Origin: Methanopyrus sp. SNP6
GTDB taxonomy: Archaea > JAADCQ01 > Methanopyri > Methanopyrales > Methanopyraceae
DNA: 32,000 nucleotides
NCBI RefSeq assembly: GCF_002201895.1
Contig: NZ_CP019436.1
Span: forward strand, 1,059,867 to 1,091,866
Direction of reading: 5' to 3'
The position numbers were made by a program, and so were the translations under genes. This document shows positions 22,158 to 30,738 of this stretch, piece by piece. Below the pieces are notes generated by a model. The model was not told the DNA's origin. It worked only from the letters and a program-made list of their open reading frames with translations, and searched no databases. The number at the start of each line of letters is the position of its first letter. The stretch's first letter is position 1.

Positions 22158-23411
22158 GTGAGGGGGCCTCACTTGACCGACAGGGAGGAGGTGGTAGAAC
22201 TCCGAGGTCACATCATCGACTCACTCATTTTCTCACGGGTACTGGACACTATCATGGAGATGGGTGGAGATTTCGAAATATTGGAGTTCAAGGTTGGGAA
22301 GCGCAAAACGGACCCCAGTTTCGCGAAGATTCTCGTCAAGGGGAAGGATCCTGAGCATCTTAGGGAGATAATCTCCGAACTGCGTAAGTATGGGGCGATT
22401 CCAGTTCATACGCAGGAAGTCCGACTGGAACCGGCTCCGGCGGACGGTGTCTGTCCCAGGGGCTTTTACACGACTACGAACCACCGAACGTTCGTATTTT
22501 TTGACGGCGAGTGGATCGAGGTCGAGGATATAGAGATGGACTGTGCGATCGTGATTTACCCGGAGGAACGCAGGGCAGTGGCTAAACCTATCCGGGAGGT
22601 TCGCGAGGGAGAGTTGGTGGTGGTAGGAGATAGAGGAGTGCGCGTGAAGCCCCCCGAGAGACCTCGAGGTAGGACTGGAATCTTCGGCTTCATGGAGAGC
22701 GAAGTCTCACCTGAGAAGCCCACACTAACGCTAATCCGAAGGATAGCTGAAGAACTAGAATGGCACAGAAAGAACGGGAAAGTCGTGGTAGTCGTTGGCC
22801 CTGCTGTAATTCACGCTGGAGCCCGTGATGACTTAGCGTGGATGATCAAAGAAGGGTACGTGGACGTACTCTTCGCTGGTAATGCTGTGGCTACGCACGA
22901 CGTCGAAGCTAGTTTATTCGGGACATCACTCGGCGTGGATTTGGAGACGGGCGAGCCAGTAAAGGGTGGACATAGTCACCACCTTTACGCCATCAACGAG
23001 ATCCGACGAGTGGGTGGATTACGCGAAGCCGTTGAGAAAGGAATCCTAAAAGATGGGATAATGTACGAGTGCATCGTCAACGATGTTCCGTACGTGCTGG
23101 CAGGCTCGATACGTGATGATGGTCCTATCCCGGACGTAATTACCGACGTCATGGAAGCTCAAGCGGAGATGCGACGTCACCTTAAGGGGGCCACCCTAGT
23201 GCTGATGATGGCGACGATGCTTCACTCGATCGCTACCGGCAACCTCTTGCCTTCCTGGGTCAAAACTATCTGCGTAGATATCAACCCCGCGGTAGTTACG
23301 AAGTTGATGGATCGAGGAACCGCCCAGGCTCTGGGAATAGTGTCCGACGTCGGAGTGTTCCTACCGGAGCTCGTGAAGGAGCTCAAGAGGATCCGCGACG
23401 ACGAGGCTTAG
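22158..23411 (+). CDS. LOR/SDH-family enzyme of the archaeal ornithine-cyclodeaminase type (ArgZ/AgrE C-terminal-domain-like)
   Basis: [35 protein letters not shown]...DPSFAKILV, then [39 protein letters not shown]...[10 protein letters not shown]...[11 protein letters not shown]...MLHSIATGN. The start is uncertain: GTG 22158 (GGAGGATC SD) or TTG 22173. The track start ATG 22035 adds 40+ residues that homologues lack. Confidence 0.7.
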   Translation: MRGPHLTDREEVVELRGHIIDSLIFSRVLDTIMEMGGDFEILEFKVGKRKTDPSFAKILVKGKDPEHLREIISELRKYGAIPVHTQEVRLEPAPADGVCPRGFYTTTNHRTFVFFDGEWIEVEDIEMDCAIVIYPEERRAVAKPIREVREGELVVVGDRGVRVKPPERPRGRTGIFGFMESEVSPEKPTLTLIRRIAEELEWHRKNGKVVVVVGPAVIHAGARDDLAWMIKEGYVDVLFAGNAVATHDVEASLFGTSLGVDLETGEPVKGGHSHHLYAINEIRRVGGLREAVEKGILKDGIMYECIVNDVPYVLAGSIRDDGPIPDVITDVMEAQAEMRRHLKGATLVLMMATMLHSIATGNLLPSWVKTICVDINPAVVTKLMDRGTAQALGIVSDVGVFLPELVKELKRIRDDEA

Positions 23412-23637
23412 TCCACTCTTTTATCCTGCGTTCGGTAAGTTCTTCCATCACCTTTTTAGCCTCTTCCAGCGCATCCTTCGTCCCCCTGAAAGCTAGGACT
23501 GTTGTCTTAGTTCCTCCACGTTCAATCTCCCGTTGCACGACTTTCACGTCGCACCTTCGCTCCACCTCAGCGATCACATCTGCCGGGACGCCTAATGGTA
23601 TTATCATATCATACTTCTTAGTGTCTCGTTCGGACAC
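23383..23637 (-). CDS. Hypothetical small (84-aa) alpha/beta protein
   Basis: GTG start preceded by a G9 run. [57 protein letters not shown] is KH/ACT-like in pattern, but I see no diagnostic motif. It has a basic tail and a convergent 29-nt overlap with the upstream + gene. Confidence 0.45.
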   Translation of the reverse strand: MSERDTKKYDMIIPLGVPADVIAEVERRCDVKVVQREIERGGTKTTVLAFRGTKDALEEAKKVMEELTERRIKEWTKPRRRGSS

Positions 23638-23669
23638 CTTCGACGCCCCCCCCCAAAGGGGGATAGTCG

Positions 23670-24653
23670 TTGTCGGAAAAAAGTAGCCGGAAGGAGCGAA
23701 ATGAGAAGACGAAAAGAGAGACCACTAGACAGGGAAAGCATCGCCGCATTAGGGTCAAGTCTAGGCACTACGAAATGCCGTTTTCTCGAGGTGTTCTCGC
23801 CAGGTCCCTAACAGCGATCGGCGTCGAGCCTCACAAAGCGTACGAGATAGCACTCAAGATCAAGGAAGAGTTGCAAGAGGAAGGCATAGATAAAATTAGT
23901 ACTGATGAATTAGCCGATATAATTCGGACTAAACTTGAAGAAATCGATGAGACGTTGGCGGAACGCTATGAGCTATGGAGGAGGATTAAAAAGCGTGAGG
24001 AACCGATAATAGTCTTAATTGGAGGAGCTTCTGGTGTCGGTACATCTACGATAGCTTCTGAGGTAGGACACAGGCTCGGTATTACGAACGTTATCGGCAC
24101 TGACGCTATTAGAGAAGTAATGCGTAGAGTTTTAGCAGAGGAGTTGTATCCGACTCTCTATGAGTCTTCGTACACAGCTTGGAAGCGATTGCGCTATGAA
24201 CCCGCCGAAGATCCTGTGATTACTGGGTTTCTTGACCACTCCGAACCAGTGGTGGTTGGTATTGAAGGGGTTGTGAATCGATCGATCAATGAAGGTATCC
24301 ATGTGATTGTAGAGGGCGTTCATATCGTTCCGCGATTGATTAAGAGGGAGATTCTCAACTACCCAAACGTGTTCGTGTTCATGCTCTCCGTAGAGGATGA
24401 AGAGGCGCATAAGTGGCGCTTCTACGCCAGGTCTAGGGATACAAAACTCTCACGGCCCGCTGAGCGGTACTTGAAGTACTTCGAGGAGATCCGTAGAATT
24501 CACGACTTCCTCGTGGAGGACGCCGAAGAGCACGATATCCCAGTGATCAACAACGAGCATATCGATGAAACGGTGGACCAGATCGTGAGCTACATATCCT
24601 CTAAACTCTTGAAGGGTGAAAGAGAGCTATCCAAGAGCGTCTCCTGGTGGTGA
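23670..24653 (+). CDS. 2-phosphoglycerate kinase family protein (cDPG pathway), P-loop with Thr in place of Lys
   Basis: ATP-cone-like N-terminus (MPFSRGVLARSLTAIGVEPHKAYEIALKIKEEL), P-loop IIVLIGGASGVGTSTIASEVG, then NVIGTDAIREVMR and GIHVIVEGVHIVP, as in the archaeal 2PGK family. Confidence 0.75.
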   Translation: MSEKSSRKERNEKTKRETTRQGKHRRIRVKSRHYEMPFSRGVLARSLTAIGVEPHKAYEIALKIKEELQEEGIDKISTDELADIIRTKLEEIDETLAERYELWRRIKKREEPIIVLIGGASGVGTSTIASEVGHRLGITNVIGTDAIREVMRRVLAEELYPTLYESSYTAWKRLRYEPAEDPVITGFLDHSEPVVVGIEGVVNRSINEGIHVIVEGVHIVPRLIKREILNYPNVFVFMLSVEDEEAHKWRFYARSRDTKLSRPAERYLKYFEEIRRIHDFLVEDAEEHDIPVINNEHIDETVDQIVSYISSKLLKGERELSKSVSWW

Positions 24654-24659
24654 TGTACT

Positions 24660-25076
24660 GTGACGTTCCGCGAGGAGTTACTCGGTTGCAAGGTCGAGGA
24701 ACTGATGACCAAAGACCCCATCACCGCGTCTCCTCAAGTTGGAGTGATAGAAGCGTTCGAGATCATGCTAAAGCATGATATTGGAGCACTGCCAGTAGTG
24801 GACGATGAGGGTAGGCTTATAGGACTCGTAACCCGGACTGATCTCGGGCGCGCCCTCCTGGAAGACGAGTACGAGCCCGGAACCACCATCGAGGAGGTGA
24901 TGGAAAGGGACGTGATAGTAGTTCACCCGGATGATACTCTACTCGATGCCCTGAAACGCATGACGTCCACCCCCGAGGGCATATATAATCAGCTCCCCGT
25001 AGTCGACGATGAAGAGAAGCTTGTGGGAATACTGACGGATGGGGATATCCTCAGGTGGATAGCGAAAGAACTGTGA
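24660..25076 (+). CDS. CBS-domain pair protein
   Basis: Two CBS repeats: VEELMTKDPITASPQVGVIEAFEIMLKHDIGALPVVDDEGRLIGLVTRTDL and IEEVMERDVIVVHPDDTLLDALKRM...LPVVDDEEKLVGILTDGDIL. Confidence 0.88.
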   Translation: MTFREELLGCKVEELMTKDPITASPQVGVIEAFEIMLKHDIGALPVVDDEGRLIGLVTRTDLGRALLEDEYEPGTTIEEVMERDVIVVHPDDTLLDALKRMTSTPEGIYNQLPVVDDEEKLVGILTDGDILRWIAKEL

Positions 25077-25303
25077 AGGTCAGAGTGCGGAAGGCGCCGG
25101 AGGAATTACTTTCGCTGTTACGCAAGTTAGGGCTCTCAATCGCCCGGACCGAGAACGGTTACGAGATTAGTGGTCCTAAATCTCGGCTTCTGGTGGCCCT
25201 TCAACATATACCGCCCAAAATGGCTATCCTGGCCCGTGAGACCGTCGAAGAGTTAAGACAGGTGGTTGGGGTGGAAAAGCCCAGATTATCTCACCGCCGT
25301 TAG
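25073..25303 (+). CDS. Hypothetical small protein (76 aa)
   Basis: GTG 25073 overlaps the CBS stop (GTGA); the track start is 25055. VKVRVRKAPEELLSLLRKLGLSIARTENGYEISG... No family recognised. It overlaps the convergent gene by 4 nt. Confidence 0.4.
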   Translation: MKVRVRKAPEELLSLLRKLGLSIARTENGYEISGPKSRLLVALQHIPPKMAILARETVEELRQVVGVEKPRLSHRR

Positions 25304-26184
25304 AACACTATGTACTTACCACGTAATATATCCCGGTCTACCACGTATATGCGCTGCTTAACGCCTGAATTCGATATCCATAGTGCTAAGGTTAAATGCT
25401 TAGATTTTGCATGTTCTGGCAATACCATCACCATGGCCATTCTATCTCCGAAGTTTATGGTTCGATCGCCAACTTTCTCCTTTCCTGGCCCTAGAAGGGT
25501 TAGTTTTGCGGTCCCTAATCGTGCGATCAGCTGCTCGATTACGAGGCAACCTCTGGCACCCGTGGAGTGTAGGGCACGCTCGATACGTTCTTCTATGAGC
25601 GTGTGTTTGCCGTCACTTACGTTGCACAGTACCTCTCCGACCACTGCGTTGTAACGTACTTTCAGCTTCGGCCCATCCATCAACCGATTACCAAGCTCAC
25701 GACGTATCGCCCGCTTGATGGCGTTAACGTCGGGCTTTCCGTCGTACGATGCCTGGAACACGAACTTGGACCCTTTAATCACGGTGCCCCTGGCGTCCAG
25801 TACCTTGTCTTTCAACCGCTTCTCGATTCGCTTTTTCACATCTTCCGGATCCGCAGTCAACGGGACTAGAGCGTCCACGACGAAGACCGTGTACCCCTTG
25901 ATCTTAACTTTCCTGACGTCTACGTTCTCCACACCACCCGCACAGCTTACGGCGCTCTTCACGTCGGATGTCTTGACACCGGGCTTAGGTACGGCTAGGT
26001 ATCGGACGACCGACACTTGGTAATCCTTCACTATGCTCGCATCGACCGTTCCCTCGGCCGCAGCTACGGCACTCTGTCCTCCCATCATGAAGGAGGGGAT
26101 CGCGGATAGCACCATCATGGCCGCGAGGAATATTATTCCAGCGGTGACGATGGACCTCCTGTGCCTTCGAATCCAGCCGAACAA
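25300..26184 (-). CDS. Membrane-anchored extracytoplasmic protein with repeated beta-alpha-beta-type modules
   Basis: N-terminal anchor (SIVTAGIIFLAAMMVLSAIPSF), then segments such as YQVSVVRYLAVPKPGVKTSDVKSAVSCAGGVENVDVRKVKIKGYTVFVV. These resemble in style the soluble domains at 12334..12957 and the C-terminus of 10913..12280. Confidence 0.55.
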   Translation of the reverse strand: MFGWIRRHRRSIVTAGIIFLAAMMVLSAIPSFMMGGQSAVAAAEGTVDASIVKDYQVSVVRYLAVPKPGVKTSDVKSAVSCAGGVENVDVRKVKIKGYTVFVVDALVPLTADPEDVKKRIEKRLKDKVLDARGTVIKGSKFVFQASYDGKPDVNAIKRAIRRELGNRLMDGPKLKVRYNAVVGEVLCNVSDGKHTLIEERIERALHSTGARGCLVIEQLIARLGTAKLTLLGPGKEKVGDRTINFGDRMAMVMVLPEHAKSKHLTLALWISNSGVKQRIYVVDRDILRGKYIVF

Positions 26185-26187
26185 CGA

Positions 26188-26733
26188 TCACTCCCCCTGG
26201 TCGAGCAGCATCTCCAAGTACGAGTGACGTACTCGCTTGCCCTCGACTTTCAGCTCCTCCAAGATACTTACCAAAAGCTCCTCTTTTTCCTCGACCTCTG
26301 ACTCGTCGTCCGCCTCACACTCCAGCTCGAGAAACGTGCCGAGACCTTTCACATCATCCAGCGCCGCTACAACTTTTTCTCCGTTCACTTCGAGCGTGTA
26401 GACCGTCCTAAGCTTCTTTACTTCCGCGTGCTCTAGCGGCTCGAACCCTAGATGACGAAGGATGGCGTCGGCGGTCTCGAAATCGTCGACTACCACTTCT
26501 AACTCCACCCGTGACTTCTCACGCCCTACCTTCGGTCCCTTGTAAGTTAGTGCGACTTTATCGTCGGAGCGGCGCAGTCGAAGTGCTTCATCCGTCTCTG
26601 CGAAGTCACGGCAAGGATGCTGGTAATACAGGTCCCGCTGCCGGACGGTTCTTACTTTCTCTCCGAGCTCTTCCAGGCGCTTCCGCACGTCCTCGGGGTT
26701 CTTCAGTTTAACCTTAACCTCTACCTCGTACAC
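26188..26733 (-). CDS. CYTH-domain protein (CyaB-type class IV adenylyl cyclase / triphosphate tunnel metalloenzyme)
   Basis: N-terminal ExExK (MYEVEVKVK), ALRLRR, LTYKGPK, SRVELEVVV and FLELE strands of the tunnel fold. Confidence 0.85.
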   Translation of the reverse strand: MYEVEVKVKLKNPEDVRKRLEELGEKVRTVRQRDLYYQHPCRDFAETDEALRLRRSDDKVALTYKGPKVGREKSRVELEVVVDDFETADAILRHLGFEPLEHAEVKKLRTVYTLEVNGEKVVAALDDVKGLGTFLELECEADDESEVEEKEELLVSILEELKVEGKRVRHSYLEMLLDQGE

Positions 26734-26739
26734 ACCGGA

Positions 26740-27918
26740 TCACCTCCTCTTCATCCCGATAACAACTTCGGGTTTCAAGAGCTGATACCCCAGGATCGCT
26801 CCCAAAGCGGCCGGGACGGCGCAGTCGATGCCGAACAGCTCGATGACCAACACAGCGGACGAGATCGGAGCGTTGAACGTCGCAGCCAAGAACGTAGCGA
26901 TGGCCGTCGCGGCCCCGGCTGGAGCGGACGGACCCAGCGTTTGACCTAGAAAGGAGCCCAAAAACGCGCCCACGCACACTGTCGGTGAAACCAATCCCGC
27001 GGGTGTTTCACTACCGACTGTTAGCGCGGTGGTCACCATTTTACCCAGGAACGATAGTAGCGCTTCTTCGGCTCCGATACGGCCTAAGGCGGCCTTCGAG
27101 GCGTAGTCCAATCCCAACCCTACGGCCGTAGGAATAGCGATTCCCACTGACGCTACCCCTAGTCCTGCCAGGAGAGAACGCACGGGTTGACTAGGTACGG
27201 ATTCGACGAACAGTCGACGGGCTTCCTTGATGCACCGGCTGTACACGTAAGCGAGTAACGTCGCCACTACAGAGATCACCAAGAGTTCCGGCAGGTGATG
27301 TGGGCTGTAATGATAAGGGGCGTTCCTCACGAGCAAGTAGCGCTTTCCTAAGGTCGAAACGTACACGGAGTACCCGGCAAGACTGGCTATCGTGCTGGGA
27401 AAAAGTACGACGTAGCGGGACCTTACGCGAATGACTTCGATGGCGAACAGGGCCGCCGCCAGCGGTGCGCACAGGACCCCAGCCACGCCTCCAGAAATTG
27501 TCCCCAGCACGACACATTTTCTCTCCATCTCCGACATTCTTAGCTTCGAAGCCACGTAGCATCCTACGGATACGCACGCTTGGGCACAAGGCCCTACTTG
27601 ACCGCCACTACCTCCCCCGCCGATGACGAGACCCGCAAGTACCAATTTAGCTATTCCTCTGATGGGATTCGCGGGCTCGTTCGGGAATCCCCGGACGACT
27701 ATCTCCATTCCGGTCCCTCTGAGCTCGGGATGTAGTGCTGCTAGGGTGCCGGCCAACAGCATGAACGCCGGGATGACTAACATCTCGCTCCCGACGACCT
27801 TCTCCACCGTGCTTATAATTGAAGAGATGGCGACGGCACACGCTCCGCCGATAACACCCAAAGCCGCGGCCAAAACCGTCCACCGGGCGACGTAAATCAA
27901 CGCCTCCGTCGACAGCAA
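26740..27918 (-). CDS. ClC-family anion channel/transporter homologue, short form without CBS domains
   Basis: About 10-11 TM helices with ClC landmarks: RGTGMEIV (GSGIPE position), GGSGGQVGPCAQ (GREGP position), GSETPAGLVSPTVCVGAFLG (GG.F.P position), FNAPISSAVLVIELFG. TTG start with a GGAGGTGA SD. Confidence 0.75.
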   Translation of the reverse strand: MLSTEALIYVARWTVLAAALGVIGGACAVAISSIISTVEKVVGSEMLVIPAFMLLAGTLAALHPELRGTGMEIVVRGFPNEPANPIRGIAKLVLAGLVIGGGGSGGQVGPCAQACVSVGCYVASKLRMSEMERKCVVLGTISGGVAGVLCAPLAAALFAIEVIRVRSRYVVLFPSTIASLAGYSVYVSTLGKRYLLVRNAPYHYSPHHLPELLVISVVATLLAYVYSRCIKEARRLFVESVPSQPVRSLLAGLGVASVGIAIPTAVGLGLDYASKAALGRIGAEEALLSFLGKMVTTALTVGSETPAGLVSPTVCVGAFLGSFLGQTLGPSAPAGAATAIATFLAATFNAPISSAVLVIELFGIDCAVPAALGAILGYQLLKPEVVIGMKRR

Positions 27919-27959
27919 CTCTTCACCTCCGTAGCCTCCGCGTTGGGGGGTTCTCGTCG

Positions 27960-28280
27960 GTGTGGACCCTGACGGTAAGTGCTGAGAGGGAACACGGACC
28001 GTGCGGACGCGTGCGAGAGTTGTACTCGAACGACAAGGTCTCCGTGGCAGAAGTGAGCGTTCAGGGTGAAGGGGAAGAGCATTACCACCGACGCACGTTC
28101 GAGGTGTACTATGTGATCGATGGTCGTGGGAAAGTGGTACTGAACGGTCGTCCCGTCGACGTGGGACCGGGGGACGTCGTCGCCATCGAACCGGGGATAA
28201 GGCATAAGGTGGTCGGCAACCTGAAGATGTTGGTGGTGTGCACCCCCCCGTTCGACCCGGAGGATGTGTACCTGGTATGA
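27960..28280 (+). CDS. Cupin_2-type metal-binding cupin
   Basis: Motif 1 is GEGEEHYHRRTFEVYYVIDG (HxH...E); motif 2 is GPGDVVAIEPGIRHKVVGN. Confidence 0.8.
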   Translation: MWTLTVSAEREHGPCGRVRELYSNDKVSVAEVSVQGEGEEHYHRRTFEVYYVIDGRGKVVLNGRPVDVGPGDVVAIEPGIRHKVVGNLKMLVVCTPPFDPEDVYLV

Positions 28281-28303
28281 TGAGCTAAGCCTACGCCGAC
28301 CTA

Positions 28304-28624
28304 GTGGGGAGTGAGGATACGGGTGAGCTGCCTGACCCATCTCTCGTGTTTATCGAACTTAGGTTAAGGGTTCCCGAGGAGGTACTATCGTCCCTGGATC
28401 CGGATTCCGATGAGTACTGCGACAGAAGTGAGGATGTCGTCGAAATTCTCGCCGAGGGGTTTGGAGCGGCGAAATGCGCCGTCGAGGACGTTCTGCGATG
28501 CGTAAAAGCTGGTACCGATACGCTCGAAATCGTCAGGGGGAGCGAGAGTGCAACCACTGACGAGGAGGAACAAGAACGAGCATCCCGCGGTTCTCGACCC
28601 GGATCGCACGATTGTCTTAGGTGA
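28304..28624 (+). CDS. Acidic small protein, possible ribbon-helix-helix regulator
   Basis: LVFIELRLRVPEEVLSSLD...DRSEDVVEILAEGF fits the strand/helix/helix pattern with the RSE..v..a motif of RHH proteins. Antisense ORFs here are Ser/Thr-rich shadows. The start (GTG 28304 or 28346) is uncertain. Confidence 0.4.
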   Translation: MGSEDTGELPDPSLVFIELRLRVPEEVLSSLDPDSDEYCDRSEDVVEILAEGFGAAKCAVEDVLRCVKAGTDTLEIVRGSESATTDEEEQERASRGSRPGSHDCLR

Positions 28625-29264
28625 CGTGACAGTGTCCCGAGAAGCGGTGATAGGACCGGAGGTTAGACTGGGACCGGACGCCGTCGTACGAGGTGCTGTG
28701 ATATCTGGACGTTGTGTCATCTACAATTGTGAGCTCGGACGTTGCGCCGTAGGTCCCAGGACCACGGTTACGGGCGATGTTGGGGATGGAGTCACAATTC
28801 ACTCGGGCACGATTCTAGGGCAGCTCCGTGTGAGCGGGGAGATCGAGCCACCCGAAGTGGGTGAGGGAGCCTTCCTGGGGCCCGGGGTTTCCGTTCTTCC
28901 GGGGACGGTCATAGGTCCAGAGTCCATCGTGATGCCCGACAGTGTGGTGACCGAGCGTGTGCCGCGTCGCGGGGTCGTCAGCGGAAATCCGGCGATGCCC
29001 ACGGGAATGGTCGTCGACGCGGAGACGTTGATTCTGGAGTTCGATGGAAAGCGGCTGTTACTTGAGGGAAAACGGGGAACCGCCTTTGACGTCAAGTTGA
29101 GCGACGGCGAACTCAAAATCACCGAAGGGAGCCCCGATAACTTCGGAGCCGTGCTTGAGAAGGACGTGGTGAAGGTGGTCCGCATGGGGCACGTGATACC
29201 CTTACCCGCTAGTCGACCTTTTTCCATCCCGTTGCACGTACTGGAGGTACGAACGAAGGGGTAA
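28548..29264 (+). CDS. Left-handed beta-helix (hexapeptide-repeat) acyltransferase-like protein with extra C-terminal domain
   Basis: Hexapeptide turns IGPEVRLGPDAVVRGAVISGRCVIYNCELGRCAVGPRTTVTG...GEGAFLGPGVSVLPGTVIGPESIVMPDSVV...VVSGNPA, followed by ~75 unrelated residues. The start is uncertain; the track GTG 28548 overlaps the upstream ORF by 77 nt. Confidence 0.65.
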   Translation: MQPLTRRNKNEHPAVLDPDRTIVLGDVTVSREAVIGPEVRLGPDAVVRGAVISGRCVIYNCELGRCAVGPRTTVTGDVGDGVTIHSGTILGQLRVSGEIEPPEVGEGAFLGPGVSVLPGTVIGPESIVMPDSVVTERVPRRGVVSGNPAMPTGMVVDAETLILEFDGKRLLLEGKRGTAFDVKLSDGELKITEGSPDNFGAVLEKDVVKVVRMGHVIPLPASRPFSIPLHVLEVRTKG

Positions 29265-29271
29265 GCGGACG

Positions 29272-29874
29272 GTGCCGGTCCGCGAGTCACTGCTAATAGA
29301 TACCGATGTGCGCCGCTCGCTAGTTCTCGGGTCCGTGTTGGAGAAGTGCGAGGTGGAAAGAGCAGCCGTGCTGGGTACTGTCGCCCGGGATAAGCGGTTC
29401 GAACACGGTGTTTTCGTGGCCGGGAAGCGGGTGCCAGGCGAGGTAATCACAGTAGAGGTGGAAGTTTCAAGGGAAATCGTACGCTCGGGATCTGTGGAAG
29501 TCGACCTCGATCCCACGGACCAGGATCTGGTGGCGGTGGTTGCGGACGTAGGAGCAACCGGGCTCATCTCGGATCTCACCGGATTACAACCTGAGCGCCG
29601 TGGGTTCCACGCCCTGTTCGCTTTCTCGGGTGAGTTACCAGCCCGAGTACGGAAGAGAGTGGTAATCAACCTGGACGTGTTCAGAGAATGTTGTCCGTGT
29701 GCCCTATTGGAGATCGGTGACGTGAAGCTGAGGTTTTTGGGAGGTCGACAGGTGTTCGATGAAAGGTCCAGACTGTCGTATACGGACGTCCTTGCCGTCA
29801 GGGACGGTAAGCCGATAGCATCTGCATGGAAGTCGGCGTCCAGAAGCGTCATCTCCAAGCTGGGGACCAGGTGA
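29272..29874 (+). CDS. Hypothetical 200-aa protein
   Basis: Coding-like, whereas the antisense 316-aa ORF is Ser/Thr/Arg-rich shadow. It sits 7 nt after the LbH gene and 6 nt before the CitG-like gene. The N-terminus has a few hexapeptide-like turns (SLVLGSVLEKCEVERAAVLGTV). No family recognised. Confidence 0.5.
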   Translation: MPVRESLLIDTDVRRSLVLGSVLEKCEVERAAVLGTVARDKRFEHGVFVAGKRVPGEVITVEVEVSREIVRSGSVEVDLDPTDQDLVAVVADVGATGLISDLTGLQPERRGFHALFAFSGELPARVRKRVVINLDVFRECCPCALLEIGDVKLRFLGGRQVFDERSRLSYTDVLAVRDGKPIASAWKSASRSVISKLGTR

Positions 29875-29880
29875 GGGACC

Positions 29881-30738
29881 GTGGTGAGGACAGTCAGAGA
29901 GCTTCCGATGCTGTTTTGCGAGTCGGTCGCACTGGAGGTACTCTCCGGGCCGAAACCGGGATTAGTGGACCCCGTCTCTCCTAGCTCCCACGAGGATATG
30001 GGGCCCCGTGAGTTCCTCGCGTGCCTTCCTGAGCTTCGGAGGTGTCTAGAGGAGGCTCTAAAGCTGGGGATAGATGGTGAACCAGTAGACGAGTTAATCC
30101 GGTCCCTTCCCGCGTGGAACGTGGACGTGATAACAGCTTCTGGCGGACCCAACTCCGTGCGCGGGATAGTGTTCTTAGGGTCGGTGTACTGCTACTCGGC
30201 TGGGTTCGAAAACGACCCGTTCCCGTTCGGTCGCATCCGCGTCGTCGGAAGGAGGTGCACGGAGGCTCTCTGGAACCGGTCGGAAACCAAGTGCGGCCGA
30301 ATCCGGATCAAGGAACGGTTGGCCGGTATCTTCGGCGAGGTATCTTCCGGAATGGCTACGGCTCGAGGGGTATCCTTACCGGTCCTACGGGCCACGCTGC
30401 GGGCGGGAAGGCCCCTAGAAGAAGCCGTAATACACTCGGTGTTGGCCTGCATGTCAACGTTAGAAGACGCCGGGATTCCCCGGAAACTGCGCGACTGGGT
30501 GAAACAAAGGGCCTCGGAAGTTCTACGCGCCGGAGGTCCGTCCACCGAACGGGGTCGTGCGGAGCTGCACAAATTCGTGTACGAGTGCGCTGAACGTGGG
30601 GTGAGTCCCGGTGCCTCGGCCGACGTTACGGTCGTCGGGCTCGTCCTTCTATTCGCGAGGTGGGGTAGGGACATCGTATCCCCGTATCGTGATCCTTCAC
30701 GGAGGTGGAGTGGCGGAGCTGTTGGACGGGACTCTTAG
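29881..30738 (+). CDS. CitG/MdcB-family protein (triphosphoribosyl-dephospho-CoA synthase homologue)
   Basis: ALEVLSGPKPGLVD, SSHEDM, GGPNSVRGIVFLG, GIFGEVSSG and C-terminal SPGASADVTVVGLVL correspond to the family motifs (PKPGLVD, H.DM, G.NT..G, GaRGE, SPGGsADLLA). Confidence 0.78.
   Translation: MVRTVRELPMLFCESVALEVLSGPKPGLVDPVSPSSHEDMGPREFLACLPELRRCLEEALKLGIDGEPVDELIRSLPAWNVDVITASGGPNSVRGIVFLGSVYCYSAGFENDPFPFGRIRVVGRRCTEALWNRSETKCGRIRIKERLAGIFGEVSSGMATARGVSLPVLRATLRAGRPLEEAVIHSVLACMSTLEDAGIPRKLRDWVKQRASEVLRAGGPSTERGRAELHKFVYECAERGVSPGASADVTVVGLVLLFARWGRDIVSPYRDPSRRWSGGAVGRDS

Noticed and set aside
28304-28624. Idea that the small acidic ORF is the acyl-carrier subunit (CitD/MdcC-like) for the CitG/MdcG-like pair
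   Set aside because: The size and acidity fit, but there is no (E/G)SGD-type prosthetic-group serine motif. The N-terminus looks more like an RHH DNA-binding fold.
29202-30152. 316-aa minus-strand ORF, the longest unexplained ORF in the track
   Set aside because: It is strongly Ser/Thr/Arg/Pro-rich. It is antisense to three plus-strand ORFs, one of which (CitG-like) has family motifs.
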